Assembly (NCBI GenBank): GCA_039588295.1 | Contig: JBDHAB010000001.1 | Coordinates: 320,001-384,000, forward strand | DNA: 64,000 nt | Direction: 5' to 3' | Source of the DNA: Gemmatimonadota bacterium | Lineage (GTDB): Bacteria; Gemmatimonadota; Gemmatimonadetes; Gemmatimonadales; GWC2-71-9 | Shown here: piece by piece, positions 60,282 through 64,000 of the stretch | Layout: each line of letters opens with the position of its first letter | Position numbering within the stretch: the stretch's first letter is position 1 | Made by a program: the position numbers and the translations under genes | The notes under the pieces: generated by a model | Databases searched by the model: none | Told to the model about the DNA's origin: nothing | The model's input: the letters and a program-made list of their open reading frames with translations, nothing else

Positions 60282-60868
60282 GACACTGCATGATTACGGA
60301 ACTCTTGGAAGTGCGAGACGGTGAGGGTTCTGCCGCGGCGCGGACGCATTTGGAGAGCTGCGAAGCGTGTCGGGCGGAACTCGACGGTCTGCACCAGCGG
60401 GTGGCTGCTCTCAAGGCGCTGCGTGCGTTCGCGGCGCCGCACGATCGGTGGCCGGTGGTTCGAGAGGCGCTTGCAGCCTCGCGACGGCGAGCGCGTGTTC
60501 AGCGCTTCGGGTGGGGGGGCCTGGCGGCGGCTGCAGCGTTGGTGCTCTTCGTCGGTGGTCGCGCCATGGTGGGCGGAGGTGCCGACACACTCGCGGCAGA
60601 GGAAGTCGCGGCCCTCGTAGAGGAATCACAGCAGTTGGAGGGCGTCCTCCAGCGCCTTCCCGTGCAGGGGCGGGTGGTCAACGGTGTGACCGCCGCGACC
60701 ATTGCAGATCTCGAGGATCGGATCGCAGTCGTCGATCTGGGCATCGAGCGCGCGCGCGCCGCCGCGGTATCCCGGGACGGGATGGCCGATCTGTGGCGCG
60801 AACGTGTGACCCTGATGGATCAATTGGTGCAAACCCATGTACAGCAGGCGACGTACGTTGGGTTTTGA
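60275..60868 (+). CDS. Zinc-binding anti-sigma factor with TM helix
   Basis: HLESCEAC (HxxxCxxC), TM segment; GAGGAGG SD before ATG 60275, overlapping the sigma gene. Confidence 0.8.
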   Translation: MLRHCMITELLEVRDGEGSAAARTHLESCEACRAELDGLHQRVAALKALRAFAAPHDRWPVVREALAASRRRARVQRFGWGGLAAAAALVLFVGGRAMVGGGADTLAAEEVAALVEESQQLEGVLQRLPVQGRVVNGVTAATIADLEDRIAVVDLGIERARAAAVSRDGMADLWRERVTLMDQLVQTHVQQATYVGF

Positions 60869-60913
60869 CACGTGCTCTCGTGTGTGGTTGAGCTTTCAAG
60901 GAGTGATGCAGTC

Positions 60914-61975
60914 ATGAGAATTCGGAATTTTCTTACTCTGCTTCTCGCGCTGGCGGTTGCCGTACCGAGTGTCGCGGCGGCCCAGGAGAAGGAGCGCGAG
61001 CGCGAGATGCAAGAAGCGCAGCGCCGGGTCGAGCAGGCGCAGAAACAGTTAGAGCATGCTTTACAGGAGCTGCGAGCGGCTGACGGAGAGCAGGCAAACC
61101 GCTCCCTGCGCGAGGCGCTCGATGCGTTACGCGCGGCCCAACGCGAGCTGCGGAGTGACGATTACCGTGGGTTGCTGTCTCGTCTCTACGTGAGCCCTGA
61201 AGGCGATCGTCGAGTGAACATCCTCGTCTCCGGGCGACCGAAGATGGGTGTCATCCTGAGCGCGGACAGTGACGACTTACGAGGCGCCGTCGTCGAAGCG
61301 GTCACGCCAGGCGGGCCCGCCGAAGCAGCCGGCGTCAAGGTCGGCGACGTGATTCTCCGGGCGAACGGCCAGTCACTCCGTCAGGTCGACAAACAGGATG
61401 ACACGCCCAATGAGAAGCTCGTCGACGTCATTGGAGAGCTCGAAGACGGCGATGTGCTCCGGGTCGAGTTTGAGCGTGATGGCGCGACACAGACGGCCGA
61501 CGTCATCGTGCGAGAGCTTGAGGCTTCGAACTTCGCCTTCGCGTATGGCGGCGACTCCGGGAACGTCTTCATCCGGGCCATGCCAGAGATGAAGATCGAT
61601 GTGCCGCGGTTCGAGCCGTCGGAGTACGCGTTCAACGCCCCTATGATCGCCAGGGCCTTCCTACCGTTCGGCTGGCTCGATATGGAGCTGGTGACGCTCG
61701 ATGAGGAACTGGGTCAGTATTTTGGCACGACAGAAGGCGTGCTGGTCGTTCGCGCACCGAAAGAGGAGGACATCGGTCTCCAGAGTGGAGATGTGATCCT
61801 CGATATCGATGGCCGCAAGCCGACGAGCCCATCCCATGCTTTGCGGATCATGCGCTCCTACGAGGAAGGTGAGAGCATGAACGTCGAGGTGATGCGCAAC
61901 CAGCGCCGGCAGACGGTAACGGTCACGATCCCGGAGCGGGATCGGGGCTTCTTCTGGCGCGACGAGAATCGGTAA
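60914..61975 (+). CDS. Exported protein with coiled coil and two PDZ domains
   Basis: Signal peptide, helical repeat, VTPGGPAEAAGVKVGDVI and GLQSGDVILDIDG; no protease domain. Confidence 0.85.
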   Translation: MRIRNFLTLLLALAVAVPSVAAAQEKEREREMQEAQRRVEQAQKQLEHALQELRAADGEQANRSLREALDALRAAQRELRSDDYRGLLSRLYVSPEGDRRVNILVSGRPKMGVILSADSDDLRGAVVEAVTPGGPAEAAGVKVGDVILRANGQSLRQVDKQDDTPNEKLVDVIGELEDGDVLRVEFERDGATQTADVIVRELEASNFAFAYGGDSGNVFIRAMPEMKIDVPRFEPSEYAFNAPMIARAFLPFGWLDMELVTLDEELGQYFGTTEGVLVVRAPKEEDIGLQSGDVILDIDGRKPTSPSHALRIMRSYEEGESMNVEVMRNQRRQTVTVTIPERDRGFFWRDENR

Positions 61976-61999
61976 CTCGCGGTAGCGCGGCGGCAGAGG

Positions 62000-62032
62000 A
62001 CGGGGCGGATCGTTGGGCGATCCGCCCCGTTT
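62000..62032. terminator. Hairpin terminator between convergent genes
   Basis: ACGGGGCGGATCG-TTGGG-CGATCCGCCCCGT followed by TT. Confidence 0.7.
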
Positions 62033-62072
62033 GCTCTTCATAGGGTCGTCGGGTCGCAGGGCCGTGCCCAGC

Positions 62073-64000
62073 TCACCTGCCTGGCCCGAACAACATGGCA
62101 TTCGTGAGCAGTCGGGCCGGACCGCGCCAGAAGCCCCGGTACAATGGGTCGTCTGCAAACAGCACGACTTGCCCGCGACCCAGCGACTCGGCGGTGGCCC
62201 ACACCGTTTCGTTCAGCAGACGCTCTGTGTTATCGGGCCAGGCGAAGCCTGCGAGCAGCAGAGAGTCGCCCACGAACACCACGGGGTTGTCACCACGCTT
62301 CGACGGCGCGAGCATCGTGCTGCCCCGGAGCATCACCGGCAACGTGTTGCTCCGAAAACCCATCGTCAGCCAGTGACTCGCGTCGAGAGTGGCACGGAAG
62401 ATGGACCCGGGTACCGGGCCCGGTCGATCGGTGTCGGCTTCCGGTGACGCGAGCGGGGGTGTGAGTTCCGCACCACTCTGCAGACTGTCTGCAGCCGCCT
62501 TCTTCTCATCCTCGTCCTCGGGTTCAAGTGCCTCCACAGTGCTCAAGCCAACATCTTCGTGTCCCGGGAACAAGGCGGCGTTGTCGTAGGCGATCAACAC
62601 CCCTCCGTCCCGAACCCATTGCTTGAGCCTGGCGATTCCGCCTGCACCCAATTCCCTGCGGATCGTGCTCGGGCTGCCGCTTGGGATGATGAACACGTTG
62701 TAATCGGATAACGTGTGCATCCGCCCAACGCTCGAGAGTGAGACCGGCACGAACGGGTGGTGCAGCTCGCGTTCTAGAAAGTACCAGAGTCCGCCGTAGC
62801 TCGTCGTGCTGATGCCTGCACCTGCGGTGACGGCCACGCGGGGGCGATACACGGGATCCACATTTCGGGAGCCGACACCCACGGCACCGGAATCGGGGAA
62901 CGCGGATTGGACGGCGGTCACCTGGGCGCCGATCTCGTGCGCCAGGGTAGCGATCCGCTGGTGTACGGCCTCCGGATTCCGCTCCGTCCGAACGACGAAG
63001 GTGCCGCGAGGGTAGCTCTGGCCGTCGGCGCGCAGTGGCTCGCGACTCACGTTCAGGACGAAGCCTTCCCGGAGCAAGGCGAGCGCGAGCTCGACTGCAG
63101 CTTGTCGGTCGTTGGCGAAGAGATATGCCGAGTTCGCTCGACCGGATGCTCGTCCCGCCGGCGCCAAGGCTCGAATTGGATCACCGTCCGACGGAATCAC
63201 GAGGCGCACACCTTCCACTGGCCGTGTGTCCTCGGTCCAGTATGCCTCGAGCCCCAGGGTGAGCGGTAACGACCAGGCCGTGACGTCGTAGAACTCGTAC
63301 CGCTCGGTGGTGGCACCAGGTCCGCGACGCTGATTCCGTTCGAACTTCGCCACCTGGCGCTCGAAGAAATCACGGTCTAGCTCGGCGCGCGGCTCGAGCA
63401 ACGCTCGGGCGATTCGCCCCTGTGGTTGCTCCAGGTCGATCACGAGCGCGCCGACCGGAAAGGTCCGGCGAGACGCATCTGCGGATGGTCCGGCGTGGTA
63501 GCCATAGGCGGTTGACGCTGAATGCGGGGCGGTGAGCCGTTGCACCTCGATGTCGTGTTGCAGGAGCAGCCATGCCAGTCGCGCGGCGTTCGTGGCGTCG
63601 TTGTCCGGCAGCACGACGATACGCTTCATCGGCCCCGACCGGCCCTCGTCCATCGCCGTGCGGAAGAAATCGTGGTAATCGCGTAGGAGTGCTTCCCGAT
63701 GGGTTGCCGCGGTTTCGACGGTAGCCAGTGCCGCGACGTAGTGATGCGCGATCCCTTCGGCGAACGTGATGACTGTCCCGTCGTCGCGGCGACGCCTGAA
63801 CGCCTTCCCGCCGTCCGTCTCGTAGGTCATTCCGGTCGCGCCATGGAGCGAGGGGCCGGCGTCGAAGTAGCCGACGTAGAACAGATCGAAGACGTCCCGG
63901 GTGAAGTACTGCCACCCGTAACGGTCGAATGCCGCCGCGTTCGCGCGACCGAATGCCTCGAGCCAGCGCGCTGTCTGCGGCGGCAGATTCGCGTTGACGG
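62073..64000 (-). CDS. M14-family zinc carboxypeptidase-like protein, 3' part (starts beyond window)
   Basis: Frame stays open to 64000: YFTRDVFDLFYVGYFD...GMTYE, YDVTAWSLPL, C-terminal GATase-like domain, DPLYRGFW. Confidence 0.8.
   Translation of the reverse strand, partial: VNANLPPQTARWLEAFGRANAAAFDRYGWQYFTRDVFDLFYVGYFDAGPSLHGATGMTYETDGGKAFRRRRDDGTVITFAEGIAHHYVAALATVETAATHREALLRDYHDFFRTAMDEGRSGPMKRIVVLPDNDATNAARLAWLLLQHDIEVQRLTAPHSASTAYGYHAGPSADASRRTFPVGALVIDLEQPQGRIARALLEPRAELDRDFFERQVAKFERNQRRGPGATTERYEFYDVTAWSLPLTLGLEAYWTEDTRPVEGVRLVIPSDGDPIRALAPAGRASGRANSAYLFANDRQAAVELALALLREGFVLNVSREPLRADGQSYPRGTFVVRTERNPEAVHQRIATLAHEIGAQVTAVQSAFPDSGAVGVGSRNVDPVYRPRVAVTAGAGISTTSYGGLWYFLERELHHPFVPVSLSSVGRMHTLSDYNVFIIPSGSPSTIRRELGAGGIARLKQWVRDGGVLIAYDNAALFPGHEDVGLSTVEALEPEDEDEKKAAADSLQSGAELTPPLASPEADTDRPGPVPGSIFRATLDASHWLTMGFRSNTLPVMLRGSTMLAPSKRGDNPVVFVGDSLLLAGFAWPDNTERLLNETVWATAESLGRGQVVLFADDPLYRGFWRGPARLLTNAMLFGPGR

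Overview
GC-rich bacterial chromosomal window, densely coding and mostly housekeeping or metabolic. A Gemmatimonadota-like origin is my impression from protein style and gene content, not a database result. I found no rRNA, tRNA, CRISPR array, integrase, transposase or prophage. Recognisable genes include thyA-folA, selD, rnhA, a dCMP deaminase, leuB-like, thrA-asd, gyrA, lat, pncB/pncA-like, serA, leuS, an EF-G paralogue and an ECF sigma/anti-sigma/PDZ triad. The best candidate for an uncharacterised system is a self-contained four-gene operon at 12131-16025 (two non-canonical Ddl-like ATP-grasp ligases, a GNAT and a lysine 2,3-aminomutase) with its own sigma70 promoter and palindromic operator; it probably makes an acylated beta-lysine peptide. 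Features the ORF track misses include a selenocysteine UGA plus SECIS-like hairpin in selD, two probable CTG start codons in CTGA stop/start overlaps, a terminator/antiterminator-like leader before gyrA, a small uORF before lat and a frameshifted thiolase relic. Also notable are an RNase H with displaced catalytic acids, a GTPase-degenerate EF-G, an H1-like lysine-rich protein and an exported thiol/metal cluster flanked by two DUF3179 genes.
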